Positions 50,727-60,482 of a stretch of DNA of 64,000 nt are shown one piece after another (the stretch's first letter is position 1; each line of letters starts with the position of its first letter). Location: positions 160,001-224,000 of the forward strand of contig CAWJGT010000023.1 in assembly GCA_963842525.1 (NCBI GenBank), read 5' to 3'. The stretch is from an uncultured Holophagales bacterium. Lineage in GTDB: Bacteria > Acidobacteriota > Thermoanaerobaculia > Multivoradales > UBA5704. The notes beneath the pieces are model-generated. The model saw only the letters and a list, made by a program, of their open reading frames with translations. It had not been told where the DNA came from and searched no databases. The position numbers and the translations under genes are program-made.

Positions 50727-51719
50727 TCAGCGGGGTTTCTCGGCGATCATCGACAGCGGCAGGCTCCAGTACCGGTAGAGCCAGTCTCCCGCGGCCCGGC
50801 TGCGCAGGAGCCGGCAGACCAGCGCGCGGCCCCAGGAGCTGGCGGACAGGCGCCGCAGGGGCCCGGGGGCGCCGGACAGGAAGTCTTTGTCCGGGTACAG
50901 GAGGCGATAGCGGACCGTGCGCGGAGTGAGGCGGCGGCAGCGGAAGCCGTGCTTGCGCAGCGCCGCCTGGTACTCCCGCAGGCTGTAGAAGTTCTCGTTG
51001 ATCCCGGCCTCCGTCTCGACGTTGTGCGGCTTGTTGCCCGGGATCGACTCCTTCTTGCAGGCCTCCGAAACGAACACCAGCCGCCCTCCGGGCCGCAGCA
51101 CGCGCCACACCTCGGCAAAGAGGCGGTCGATGTCCGAGGAGTGGTGGATCGCCGCGCAACTGAACACGGCGTCCGCCCAGCCGTCGGCGAGCGGCAGCCC
51201 GTGGGCGTCGCCGCGCAGCCGCTCGAAATGAATGCCGTCCATCTCCAGGAAGATGTCGGCGGTCTCCAGGCCGAGGAAGCGGGTGGCGAGGACGTCGACC
51301 GCGACGACCTCCGCGGCCCGGCCGAGGGTCTTGAGGAAGCGCGACGACCAGGTGCGGCCCGCGCCCAGGTCCACGACCCGCTGGCCCGCGAAGTCCACGT
51401 GCTCGAAGATCTGGAAGAAGTCGGGGGCCACGTGGGGCCAGGGCTCGTGCGGGAAGCACGGCAGCGCGGTCATGACCGGCACCAGCCCCTCGTGCAGGGG
51501 GCCGGCGAGCTGGATCCATCCCTTGATCTCGCTGGCCAGGACCTCGTCGTCGGGATCGAGGAAGTCCGGGATTCCCCGCTGGATGGTGAAGACGCGGCCG
51601 CAGGAGCAAAGCAGCTCCCCCTCGCGCACCTCCCGGCCGTCCTCCTCGTGCACGGAGAGCGACAGGCCGTTGCCGTGGCAGAAGGGACAGCGGATGCTGC
51701 CGACGAATTCCCGTTTCAC
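50727..51719 (-). CDS. Trm112-like zinc-ribbon + class I SAM methyltransferase
   Basis: CPFC...LLCSCGRVFTIQRGIPDF; VVDLGAG, GDAHGLPL, AIHH, RVLRPGG. Confidence 0.85.
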   Translation of the reverse strand: MKREFVGSIRCPFCHGNGLSLSVHEEDGREVREGELLCSCGRVFTIQRGIPDFLDPDDEVLASEIKGWIQLAGPLHEGLVPVMTALPCFPHEPWPHVAPDFFQIFEHVDFAGQRVVDLGAGRTWSSRFLKTLGRAAEVVAVDVLATRFLGLETADIFLEMDGIHFERLRGDAHGLPLADGWADAVFSCAAIHHSSDIDRLFAEVWRVLRPGGRLVFVSEACKKESIPGNKPHNVETEAGINENFYSLREYQAALRKHGFRCRRLTPRTVRYRLLYPDKDFLSGAPGPLRRLSASSWGRALVCRLLRSRAAGDWLYRYWSLPLSMIAEKPR

Positions 51720-52753
51720 CCTTGACCTCGCCGCGGGGCGGATCGCGAGAGAGGCAACTTGGGAGTGTTCTGGATGTCGAGGCTCACCCCCTGCAGGAGG
51801 AGCTGGAAGCCGAGGATCAGGGGCACGACGGCGACCATCACCGTCCCCGTGGAGGCCGCGATCCCGGTCCTCGCCGACCGCACCCAGTGGACCACCCCCC
51901 AGAGGAACCCGAAGACGGCGAGGGGCAGGCCGGCGACCAGGAAGAGCGAGACCGGCGAGAACTCGCGGACGAAGTACTGCAGCCAGATGCGCCGGAACAG
52001 GGCGGCGAGGAGCTTGCGGGGGAAGCGCACGAGCGCGCTCGCCGCGGACAGGGAGCTGCGCTCGTCGGCATACCTGGCCGGGATCTGCACGTCGCGCACC
52101 ACGGCGCGCACCAGGTTGAGCTCGATCAGCATCGAGGTCTCGAAGAACCAGCGCCGGTCGATGTTCTGCCAGTCGAGCACCTCGAGCGCCCGCCGGTGGA
52201 TCGCCGTGTAGCCGTTGGTCGGGTCAAAGACGTCCCAGTATCCCGACGAGGCCTTGGTCAGGAACGAGAGCCCGAGATTGCCCACCCGGCGCAGCAGCGG
52301 CATCTGCCGGAGCTGCCGGGTATGAAAAAACCGGCTGCCCTTGGTATAGTCGGCCTCCCCCGCCAGGATCGGCTCGATCAGCGGGATCAGGTACCCAGGG
52401 TCCATCTGCTCGTCGCCGTCCATCTTGACGACCACGTCGGCCCCCAGCTCGAAGGCGTGGCGGTAGCCGGTGATCATGGCCGCGCCGACCCCGCCGTTGT
52501 GCTCGTGGCGCAGCAGATGGACCCGTGGATCCGCGAGGCCGCCGACGATCTGCCAGGTCTCGTCGGGGCTGGCGTCGTCGACGACGACGATGTCCGAGAC
52601 GAAGCCAGGAATCTCCCGGACGACGTTCTCGATGTGCCGGGCCACCCGGTAGGCCGGAATGACGACCGCCACCCGCACCGGATGATCTCCGAGCTCGAGG
52701 CGCGTCGGCGTGGCACGGATTTCGTTCAGAGGGCTCGCTGCCAAGGGTTTCAT
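51716..52753 (-). CDS. GT2 glycosyltransferase with C-terminal TM helices
   Basis: VVIPAYR, VVDDASPD, NGGVG, KMDGDEQMDP, KGSRF, DPTNGY. Confidence 0.92.
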   Translation of the reverse strand: MKPLAASPLNEIRATPTRLELGDHPVRVAVVIPAYRVARHIENVVREIPGFVSDIVVVDDASPDETWQIVGGLADPRVHLLRHEHNGGVGAAMITGYRHAFELGADVVVKMDGDEQMDPGYLIPLIEPILAGEADYTKGSRFFHTRQLRQMPLLRRVGNLGLSFLTKASSGYWDVFDPTNGYTAIHRRALEVLDWQNIDRRWFFETSMLIELNLVRAVVRDVQIPARYADERSSLSAASALVRFPRKLLAALFRRIWLQYFVREFSPVSLFLVAGLPLAVFGFLWGVVHWVRSARTGIAASTGTVMVAVVPLILGFQLLLQGVSLDIQNTPKLPLSRSAPRRGQG

Positions 52754-52798
52754 CGCTGGGAGACGAACGGAGTGATATCGTAAGAACAGGCCGTCCCC

Positions 52799-53683
52799 TT
52801 GTCAAACGAAACCACGACCTGCCCCGCCTGCAAGGGCGTCCTGGAGCAGCGGCTGGAGAGCTGGCTGCTGCTCTGCCCCGTGTGCGGGCTCTGGCGTTCG
52901 CGGCTCGGCACCGAGGACCGGCTCCACGAGAGCCAGGCCATCGACGAGTCGCGGCGGGTGGCGGGGCTCGCCGCGCTGCGGGACGAGAACTACCGGCGCA
53001 CTCTCGACACGCTGCGACGGCTCGGCCCCTTGGAGGGCAAGCGGCTCCTGGATGTGGGCTGCGCCTACGGCTGGTTCCTCCGCACCGCCCGGGAGGCGGG
53101 GATGGTCCCGGTCGGGCTCGAGCCGGACCCCGGGATCGCCGCCGCCGCGGCCGGCGACGGCCTGGAGGTCCTGGCCGGCTACTTTCCCGCGGCGGTCCCG
53201 GCCGGGGAGATGTTCGACGTCATCTCCTTCAACGACGTCCTGGAGCACCTGTACGACCTCGATGGCGCGCTCGCCGCGTGCCATCGCCTGCTGCGGCCGG
53301 GGGGGCTGCTGGTCGTCAGCGCGCCCGACAGCCGCGGCACCCTGTTCCGCGTCTCCAGGGCGCTGGCGCGGCTCGGCCGCAAGGACCTCCTCCATCGGCT
53401 GTGGCAGAAGGGGTATCCGAGCCCGCACCTCAGCTATTTCAACCACTCCAACCTGGCGATGTTGACAGGTCGGCACGGTTTCGTGCCGCAGGAACAGCGG
53501 GAGCTGCGCAGCCTGCAGGCCCGCGGTCTATGGTCCCGCCTGCACATGGACCGCCGGCCGTCCCTGCGCTCCGTCCTCTCCTACCTCGTGCTCGCCGCGA
53601 GCCTGCCGGCGCTGGTCCATCTCTTCCCCTCCGACCAGCTCTTGGGCGTCTATGGCCCCGCCGGAGACACGGCGGGCCCGTAG
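52799..53683 (+). CDS. Class I SAM methyltransferase with N-terminal zinc ribbon
   Basis: CPAC..CPVCG; LLDVGCAYGWF; DVLEH; LRPGG; PHLSYF. Confidence 0.88.
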   Translation: MSNETTTCPACKGVLEQRLESWLLLCPVCGLWRSRLGTEDRLHESQAIDESRRVAGLAALRDENYRRTLDTLRRLGPLEGKRLLDVGCAYGWFLRTAREAGMVPVGLEPDPGIAAAAAGDGLEVLAGYFPAAVPAGEMFDVISFNDVLEHLYDLDGALAACHRLLRPGGLLVVSAPDSRGTLFRVSRALARLGRKDLLHRLWQKGYPSPHLSYFNHSNLAMLTGRHGFVPQEQRELRSLQARGLWSRLHMDRRPSLRSVLSYLVLAASLPALVHLFPSDQLLGVYGPAGDTAGP

Positions 53684-53808
53684 GCCACCGCGACGCTTGA
53701 CGACCGCCGCCCCCGGGCCAAACGGGCCAAACGGGGTAACGGCTTGCCACCGGGCCGCCGCCGCCGTACCATCGAGCGCCCCGGCCCGCGAGACACCCCC
53801 GCTACGCC

Positions 53809-55713
53809 ATGGATGACAGAACACCTCCCGACACCGACGCACCGCGGCCTCTCGTGGTCACGGGCATGCACGGCTCCGCCACCTCCCTGGCCGCCTCCTT
53901 GGTGGCCGGCCTGGGCGTCAACCTGGGTGAGCGGCTCCTCGCCGCCGACGCCCACAACCCGGCCGGCTACTTCGAGGACCTGGACTTCGTCGAGCTCCAG
54001 AGCCGCATGATGCTTGCCGCGACTCCCGACGACGACGGCGGCCACCCCGACTGGGGATGGACCGAGCACCAGGCGATCGATCCCCGGGCCCTCGAGCCGT
54101 GGCGGGACGCGGCTCTCTCCCTGGTGGCGGCGCGCGCGAGCCGCGGCCGGCCCTGGGGCTGGAAGAATCCCCGTACGGCGGCCTCCCTCGACTTCTGGGA
54201 TTCCCTGCTGCCCGATGCCCGTTATCTGTTGATCTATCGCTATCCCTGGGAGGTGGCGGACTCGTTGCAGCGCCTGGGGGTCGAGGTCTTCCTCCGCAAC
54301 CCCCGGTATGCCTATGCCATCTGGGAGCTCTACAACCGCCGAATCCTGGAGATCCTGGAACGCGCCCGCGACCGCTGTCTCCTGGTGAGCGCCAACGCTT
54401 TGCTCTCCGACCCGGAGCGACTCGACGGCCTGCTGCGAGACCGCCTGGGGCTCGCCGCACCCGACGGTTACGTCCAATCCAAGGTCCGCCCCGACCTCTT
54501 CCGTTCCGGAGGGCGGGGGTGGGACCCCCTGGTGACCCTCCTGGAGGCGGTCCGCCCCGGGTGCCTGGACCTCCTCCGGGAGCTCGACCGGTGGGCCGAC
54601 CTGCCGTCCGCCGGCCTCTGGGGGGCGCCGCCCCGGGCCAGTTGGAGCGGCGGGCCTGGAGCCCCGCCTTCGGTCTCGGTTGTGGTGCCCTGCTACAACC
54701 ACGGCGAGCTTCTCCTGGAGGCGGTGGCCAGCGCCGAGCAGGCCTGCCGCGAGGAGCCCCTGGAGGTGGTGATCGTCGACGATGGCTCGGACGAGCCGTG
54801 GACCCTGGAGGTCCTGGAAAATCTGCGCCGCCTGGGCTACAGGGTCCTGCGTCAGCCGAACCGCGGCCTGGCGGCTGCGCGCAACGCCGGCGCGGCGGCG
54901 GCCAGCGGCGAGCTCCTCCTCCCCCTGGACGCCGATGATCGGCTGCGGCCGGATTTCCCGGCAGCGGCCCGGCGCGTCCTGGAAGCCGAGGCCGAGGTCG
55001 GGGTGGTCTATTGCGACCACTGGGAGTTCGGCCTGCGCACCGGCCACGTGCGCGCTCCCGACTTCAAGCTGGCGCGTCTGCTTCGCGGCAACTACGTGGC
55101 CGCCTGCGCCTGCCTGCGCCGCCGCGTCTGGGAGGAGTGCGGCGGATGGGACGAGGCCTTGTCCGCCTGGGAGGACTGGGAGCTTTGGATCGGAGCGGCG
55201 GGACGCGGTTGGCGGTTCCACCGCTTCCCCGGCATCGGTTTCGACTATCGCAAGCGGCCGGACTCGATGGCGACCGCCTGCCTCCGCGCCGAGGTGGGGA
55301 TGCCTCTCCAAGAACATATCGTTCGCAAGCACCAAGCGGTCTATCTCCTTCATCTACCGGAGCTTCTCGTCGAGGCCCAGGATGCGGTGCGGGAAGCCGA
55401 CGCCGCCCGCCAGGAGCTCGCCGAGATCCGCAAGGAAACTGATACTGTTCGCCGGGAGCTGGGCCAGGCCCTCCGCCGACTCGAGGAGGAGGAATCGCAG
55501 GGGGAGCAACTCGCCAGCCGGGAGGCACGGCTGGTGCGGGAGCGGGACCGCCTCTATCAGGAGCTCGAGGCCTGGCGCGAGCGGGTGGCCTTCATGGAGG
55601 GGACGTCCGCCTGGCGGATGCGCCGCTGGCTCCTCGCCCTCAAGCGGTCCCGGGGCGGCGCGAGCCGCGTGGGCGCGCCGGCTGGAAAAGATGGAAGAGG
55701 TAGGAAGGGATGA
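53809..55713 (+). CDS. Sulfotransferase-like domain + GT2 + C-terminal coiled coil
   Basis: VVTGMHGSATS, NPAGYFED, WGWKNPR, RYPWEVADSL; GT2 VVVPCYN, VDDGS, NRGLAAARN, LDADD, EDWELW; heptad-rich tail. Confidence 0.85.
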   Translation: MDDRTPPDTDAPRPLVVTGMHGSATSLAASLVAGLGVNLGERLLAADAHNPAGYFEDLDFVELQSRMMLAATPDDDGGHPDWGWTEHQAIDPRALEPWRDAALSLVAARASRGRPWGWKNPRTAASLDFWDSLLPDARYLLIYRYPWEVADSLQRLGVEVFLRNPRYAYAIWELYNRRILEILERARDRCLLVSANALLSDPERLDGLLRDRLGLAAPDGYVQSKVRPDLFRSGGRGWDPLVTLLEAVRPGCLDLLRELDRWADLPSAGLWGAPPRASWSGGPGAPPSVSVVVPCYNHGELLLEAVASAEQACREEPLEVVIVDDGSDEPWTLEVLENLRRLGYRVLRQPNRGLAAARNAGAAAASGELLLPLDADDRLRPDFPAAARRVLEAEAEVGVVYCDHWEFGLRTGHVRAPDFKLARLLRGNYVAACACLRRRVWEECGGWDEALSAWEDWELWIGAAGRGWRFHRFPGIGFDYRKRPDSMATACLRAEVGMPLQEHIVRKHQAVYLLHLPELLVEAQDAVREADAARQELAEIRKETDTVRRELGQALRRLEEEESQGEQLASREARLVRERDRLYQELEAWRERVAFMEGTSAWRMRRWLLALKRSRGGASRVGAPAGKDGRGRKG

Positions 55714-55754
55714 AGTCGGCAGCGATTCGTGCTATCCTTCGTGGAGAGACAAAA

Positions 55755-56237
55755 ATGGAGGACGACATCGTGAAGCGGATCTCTATCGTGAAAGCAACTC
55801 TGCTTGCCTGTGCCACTCTCGCGGCGGTGCTGCCCGACAGCGCCTGGGCCGACGGGCCGTTCCAGTTCTTCGCCACGACCCCCTGCCGGGTGTACGACTC
55901 CCGGTCGGGTGGCGCACCGCCCCTGGCCAACGGTCTTCATTCGATCCGGGTCCAGGGTACCTGCGGCATCCCCGTGGGCGCCAAGGCGGTGGCCCTGAAC
56001 GTGACCGTCGTCGGCCCGAACAGGACCGGCCACATCACCCTCTGGCCGGTGGGAGTCTCGGAGCCCTTGGTGGCGACCCTGAACTTCGTGACCAACGAGC
56101 CAGCGCTGGCGAACGGGGCGATCGTTCCACTCGGCCCGGACAGCGGCGGGGCAAACGATTTGAATTTCCGGTATTCGATGCAGAGTCCTCCCGGCACGGG
56201 CCACATCGTCTTCGACGCCACCGGCTACTTCCAGTAG
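55755..56237 (+). CDS. Small secreted protein consisting of the PCRxxDSR..GYFQ domain
   Basis: Signal peptide ending SAWA; FFATTPCRVYDSR..CGIPVGAKAVALNVTV..DATGYFQ, homologous to the C-terminus of 45753-47687. Start is 55755 or 55770. Confidence 0.8.
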   Translation: MEDDIVKRISIVKATLLACATLAAVLPDSAWADGPFQFFATTPCRVYDSRSGGAPPLANGLHSIRVQGTCGIPVGAKAVALNVTVVGPNRTGHITLWPVGVSEPLVATLNFVTNEPALANGAIVPLGPDSGGANDLNFRYSMQSPPGTGHIVFDATGYFQ

Positions 56238-56316
56238 TAGGGCCTCCATCCACCGGTTCGCCGCGCGCGAGGATCGCCTCCGTGCGCGTGCGACGAACCG
56301 TCCCGGCGGTCGCCAA

Positions 56317-57924
56317 TTGCACGTATTCTTCGGTTCCGAATCGGCCGGGCAACGCCAGCGGCTCGCCGCCACCGCGGCGTTGCTCGTCCTGCTGACCGCG
56401 GCCACCGCCGGCTGGCTCGCGGCAGCGGCCCGCATCCCGTTCACCTCCGACCAGAGCATCATCTCGCTGATGGCGCTCGACATCCTGCAGGAGGGGGTCC
56501 ATCCCGTCTTCTGCTACGGTGCGCAGTACGGCGGCACCCTGGAGCCGCACTACCTGGCTGCCGTCTTCTCCGTCCTGGAACCGTCGCCGCTCGCCTTCCG
56601 GCTCGCCATGGGTGTCCTGGTGATCGGCATCGTCCTCGTGGTCTGGGCCATCGCGCGCTCCTGCTACGGCGAACGGGCCGGTCTGCTCGCCGGCCTCTAT
56701 CTCGCCCTGGGGCCTTCGTTCTTCTTCTACAAGGGGCTCACCTCGGACGGCGCCTACGCCTCCCTGGTCCTGGTCTGCGGCCTGGGCCTCTGGCTGCTGC
56801 TCGTCATCGAGCGCCGGCTCGCCGAGGGCCGGCCCGCAATGCTCCATCAGGCCCTTTTGGGCTGGCTGCTGGGGCTGGCCTGGTGGATCCTCCCCATCTC
56901 GGCCTTCATGGCGGCCGTCGGCGCCGCGGCGGTTGGCGCCGGCGCGACCCGCGCCTGGTTGGCGCCACGCGGTGTGGCTGTCCTGCTGGCGGCGTTCCCG
57001 CTCGGCGGCCTGCCCTGGTGGTGGTACAACCTCCAGACCGGTTGGGCGAGCCTCAAGGCTCCGGAGCTCGCGGCGGCGCCGATCGACGGCATCGCGGCGC
57101 GGCTCGCCTCGCTGTTCCGCGACGGGTGGAGCATCCTCCTGGGTGCCAGCTCGGTCACCACCGGCGAGGTGACCTTCCCGGGCTCGCGCCCTCTCGCCTG
57201 GGCCGTGCTCGCAGCCCTGATCAGCTTCGGCCTCGTCTCGCTGCGGCGGGGTCCGACACCGGCCGCCCGCCATGGCTCGATCGTCTTCCTCGCCGTGCTC
57301 GTCGCCGTGCCCTGCCTTGCCCTCTTCGTCGCCAGGACCGACTTCGCGGAGCCACGCTACCTGCTTCCAGCGTACCTCGGGATCGCTCCTCTGGCGGGCG
57401 GCCTGATCGCGGAGCTGTGGGAGCGGCGGGCTGCCGGAGCCGTCCTGGTAACCGCCCTTCTGCTCGCGCTCAACCTCGGCAGTCAGATCGGGTCGCCCCG
57501 GCTCCAGGGCAGGCTGCGGATCGATGGCAAGATATGGGTCGATAGCAATCCCCGGGAGGTCGTCCGCCGGCTGCGTGAACGGGACGTGGACGCCGTCTAC
57601 GCCTCCTACTGGGTGGCCTACCGGACGACCTTCCTGTCTGGCGGCACGCTGATTGCCGCCCCCTTCGGCAGCGGGAATCGCGGCTTCGTGCGCCACCTCG
57701 AGCACCAGGCCTTCGTGGACCGGCACCCGGCGCCCGCATTCCTGTTGAATGGCGAGGACCGAAGCCGGTTCGAGTCATACCTCTCGCGCTTCGCGGTCCC
57801 GCACCGCCGCGAGTCGTTCGAGGGCTTGACGCTGTTTACCGGCCTGCCCCCGGAGGCGGTCGCCACGATACGGAGCTGCAAGTGCGTCCCGGAAAGCGTC
57901 AAGGCGGGCGACATCCAGCCCTAG
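56317..57924 (+). CDS. GT-C-type (ArnT/PMT-like) multi-TM glycosyltransferase
   Basis: TM-FTSDQS-MALDI..PVFCYGAQYGGTLE, many TM helices, PRYLLP, YWVAYR; resembles the membrane half of 48448-50720. Start uncertain. Confidence 0.78.
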   Translation: MHVFFGSESAGQRQRLAATAALLVLLTAATAGWLAAAARIPFTSDQSIISLMALDILQEGVHPVFCYGAQYGGTLEPHYLAAVFSVLEPSPLAFRLAMGVLVIGIVLVVWAIARSCYGERAGLLAGLYLALGPSFFFYKGLTSDGAYASLVLVCGLGLWLLLVIERRLAEGRPAMLHQALLGWLLGLAWWILPISAFMAAVGAAAVGAGATRAWLAPRGVAVLLAAFPLGGLPWWWYNLQTGWASLKAPELAAAPIDGIAARLASLFRDGWSILLGASSVTTGEVTFPGSRPLAWAVLAALISFGLVSLRRGPTPAARHGSIVFLAVLVAVPCLALFVARTDFAEPRYLLPAYLGIAPLAGGLIAELWERRAAGAVLVTALLLALNLGSQIGSPRLQGRLRIDGKIWVDSNPREVVRRLRERDVDAVYASYWVAYRTTFLSGGTLIAAPFGSGNRGFVRHLEHQAFVDRHPAPAFLLNGEDRSRFESYLSRFAVPHRRESFEGLTLFTGLPPEAVATIRSCKCVPESVKAGDIQP

Positions 57925-57933
57925 GGGGATCGA

Positions 57934-58626
57934 ATGCGAACGACGCTGTTCAACCTGCTCAAGGCCCTGGACGGCTCCGTCGACTTCCCGGAGCCGGTCT
58001 ACGAGTTCGGAGCCTTCCGCGTCCCGGGGCAGGAGCACCTGCCCTACGTGCGCGACTTCTTCCCGGGCAAGAGGTTCGTTGGCTGCGACCTGCGGCCGGG
58101 GCCAGGGGTCGACGAGATCCAGGACCTCCATCGCCTGGCCCTGCCGGACCGATCGATCGGAACGGCGTTGATGTTCGACACCATCGAGCACGTCCGCGAG
58201 CCCTGGCGCGCCATGGCGGAGCTCCACCGGTGTCTCAAGCCAGGCGGCCTCCTGTTGATGAGCTCGGTCTGGTACTTCCCGATCCATGCCTATCCGGACG
58301 ACTACTGGCGCTTCACTGCGAGCGGCTTCTCGACCCTGCTCCAGGACTTCCACCCGCTCGCCGTCGGCATGTGCGGCTTGAAGCGCCTCCCGCACACGGT
58401 CTTCGGCATGGCGTCGCAAGGCCCGATCGACCCCGCCGCCGAGGAGGCGATCCGGGCCGCGTTCGAGAGCTGGAAACGCCACGGGGCGCGATCGTGGAAG
58501 GAGACCATGCTCGAAGTTGCGCCGCCGGTGCTCCTGATCCCGGCCTACGATCTGTTCCTGCGCGTGATGAAGCTGCTGCCCAGGCGTGGACGCGCGACGG
58601 GCAGAGAGCCAACCGGCAGGCCATGA
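57934..58626 (+). CDS. Methyltransferase (type 11-like)
   Basis: YEFGA, VGCDLRPGPGVD, DTIEHV, LKPGG, HAYPDDYWRFT. Confidence 0.85.
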   Translation: MRTTLFNLLKALDGSVDFPEPVYEFGAFRVPGQEHLPYVRDFFPGKRFVGCDLRPGPGVDEIQDLHRLALPDRSIGTALMFDTIEHVREPWRAMAELHRCLKPGGLLLMSSVWYFPIHAYPDDYWRFTASGFSTLLQDFHPLAVGMCGLKRLPHTVFGMASQGPIDPAAEEAIRAAFESWKRHGARSWKETMLEVAPPVLLIPAYDLFLRVMKLLPRRGRATGREPTGRP

Positions 58627-58667
58627 GCCCGCCGCTCGAGCAGTCTGGTCCCTGTGCTTGTATCTGA

Positions 58668-59350
58668 TCACCTCGGCTGCTCACCCTCCCGCCGGGCGAT
58701 GGCGAGGAGCTGGTAGCCGAGGAGGGTCGGCATGAGGCGGGAGAGAGCGAAGAGGATCAGGGTTGCCGAGAGCAGGAGGAACCTGGGGAGGCGGGGAAAG
58801 GCAAGTTGGAGAGGGACGGTCGAGACCTCCTCGCGCACGATCTCGAAGCCGCTGCGCCGGAGCGCCTCGCGCAGCGAGCGCCGGGTGTAGAAATAGCGGT
58901 GCGTGCGGTCCAGGATCCCGCGCTCGGCATAGGGGAACCAGCCGAAGAGCAGGGCCAGCCGCACCGCGAGGTGCGCGATGTTGGGCACCGAGATGAACAG
59001 CAGGCCCCCGGGCGGCAGGGCATCCTTCATGAGGCGAAGCATCCGCGCCGGGTCGTTCAGGTGCTCCAGCACGTCGGCGGCCAGGATCGCGTTCCACCCG
59101 CGGGGCAGGCGCGGCAGGTCCTCGAGGTCCACCAGCGCGCCTCCCGAGAGCTCGCGGCTCAGGGACTCCAGGCAGCCGAGGTCGGATTCGAGACCGATCC
59201 AAAGCAGGTCCCGGCGCCGCACCAGGCGCGCCAGATTGGCGAGCCCGGGGCCCAGCTCGAGGAGGCGCGTCCCTGGAGGCAGGGTGTGCAGCCAGCTCGC
59301 CAGGATGCGGTGGCTGGAACCCGGGAAGTCCTTGAGGGCGTAGCGCTCAG
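58668..59350 (-). CDS. Class I SAM methyltransferase; start codon not evident, possibly fused to the upstream GT2
   Basis: Reading frame extends upstream of 59222 as RYALKDFPGSSHRIL..LLELGPG; ADVLEHL, ISVPNIAH, GILDRTH. Confidence 0.78.
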
Positions 59351-60117
59351 CCGAAGATTGCGAAATGGCGGATCCCCTTCTTGTGCAGCTTGTATTTCAG
59401 CAGCACCCAGAGGATCGAGAAGCCGTACCGGACGCTCCTCCAGAAGCCGATCTGGGAGGCCTCGTCGAAATAGCGGGTGGCGATCGGGGTCTCGCGGATG
59501 CGCATCCCCTTCCAGACCCCCTGCGCGATGATCTCGCTGTCGAAGACGAAGTCGTCCGAATTGGCCGCCAGGTTCACCGCCTCGAGATAGCGCCTGCTGT
59601 AGGCACGCAGACCCGAGTGGTACTCCGACAGGAAGACGTAGAACGCCGCGTTGGCCACCGCCGTGAGGAAGAGGTTCGCGAAGTACTTCCACTTCGGCAT
59701 GCCTCCTTCGATCGGCCGGCCGCCCAGCATCCGGCTGCCGAAGACCGCATCGCAGTCCCCCTGCAGCAGGGGCTTCACCAGCTCCGGGATGTACTTCGGA
59801 TCATACTGGTGGTCCGGATGGACCATGACGACGATGTCCGCCCCGCGCGCGAGCGCCTCGGCATAGCAGGTCTTTTGATTGCCGCCGTAGCCGCGGTTGC
59901 GCGGGTGGACCAGCGTGTGGAGCCCGAGCTGGCCCGCGACCTCGACCGTGCGGTCACGGCTGGCATCGTCGACCAGCACGATGTCGTCCACCCATGCGAG
60001 AGGCAGGTCGCGGTAGGTGCGCTCGAGAGTCTTTTCCGCGTTGTAGGCGGGCATCACCACGCAGACCTTCTGCGTACGAGGAAGAGCTTCCGGCTGCACG
60101 GCGCGAGAGTCTAGCAT
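59347..60117 (-). CDS. GT2 glycosyltransferase (DPM1-like)
   Basis: VVMPAYNAEKTL, VDDASRD, NRGYGGNQKTCY, MVHPDHQYDP, EYHSGLRAY, SDDFVFD. Confidence 0.93.
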   Translation of the reverse strand: MLDSRAVQPEALPRTQKVCVVMPAYNAEKTLERTYRDLPLAWVDDIVLVDDASRDRTVEVAGQLGLHTLVHPRNRGYGGNQKTCYAEALARGADIVVMVHPDHQYDPKYIPELVKPLLQGDCDAVFGSRMLGGRPIEGGMPKWKYFANLFLTAVANAAFYVFLSEYHSGLRAYSRRYLEAVNLAANSDDFVFDSEIIAQGVWKGMRIRETPIATRYFDEASQIGFWRSVRYGFSILWVLLKYKLHKKGIRHFAIFG

Positions 60118-60179
60118 CTGTTGCGGCCATCGATGGGCGCCGATATACTCGCGCCCTCGCGTAGGTATTCCCGCAGAGC

Positions 60180-60479
60180 ATGAGCGAATCGGACGAGACC
60201 ATTCAGGCGAAGCACCTGGGCCGCACGGAGGCCGAGGCCTTCGATCTGCGCCTGCGGGCGATCGAATCGCGCGAGCGCGAGGACCGTCTCGCCCGCCTCG
60301 TTGCGGAGCGCTCCGACCTCTCGGCCGTGGGCACCCCCGCCGGGCACAGCGACACCGCCGCGATCGAGCGGCTGCGGCGCGAGGTCGACCAGCTCGCCAC
60401 CTTCCAGCGCCTGGTCATGCGCTCCAGGGGCTGGCGCCTCGTCCAGACGGTCCGCCGCCTTTTCGGACGGGCCTGGTGA
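60180..60479 (+). CDS. Small coiled-coil hypothetical protein
   Basis: ATG start, heptad pattern, C-terminal SRGWRLVQTVRRLFGRAW; packed tightly against the next gene. Confidence 0.65.
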   Translation: MSESDETIQAKHLGRTEAEAFDLRLRAIESREREDRLARLVAERSDLSAVGTPAGHSDTAAIERLRREVDQLATFQRLVMRSRGWRLVQTVRRLFGRAW

Positions 60480-60482
60480 GCC

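Noticed and set aside
53714-53735. GGGCCAAAC tandem in the intergenic region
   Set aside because: Only about two and a half copies; too short to call an operator.
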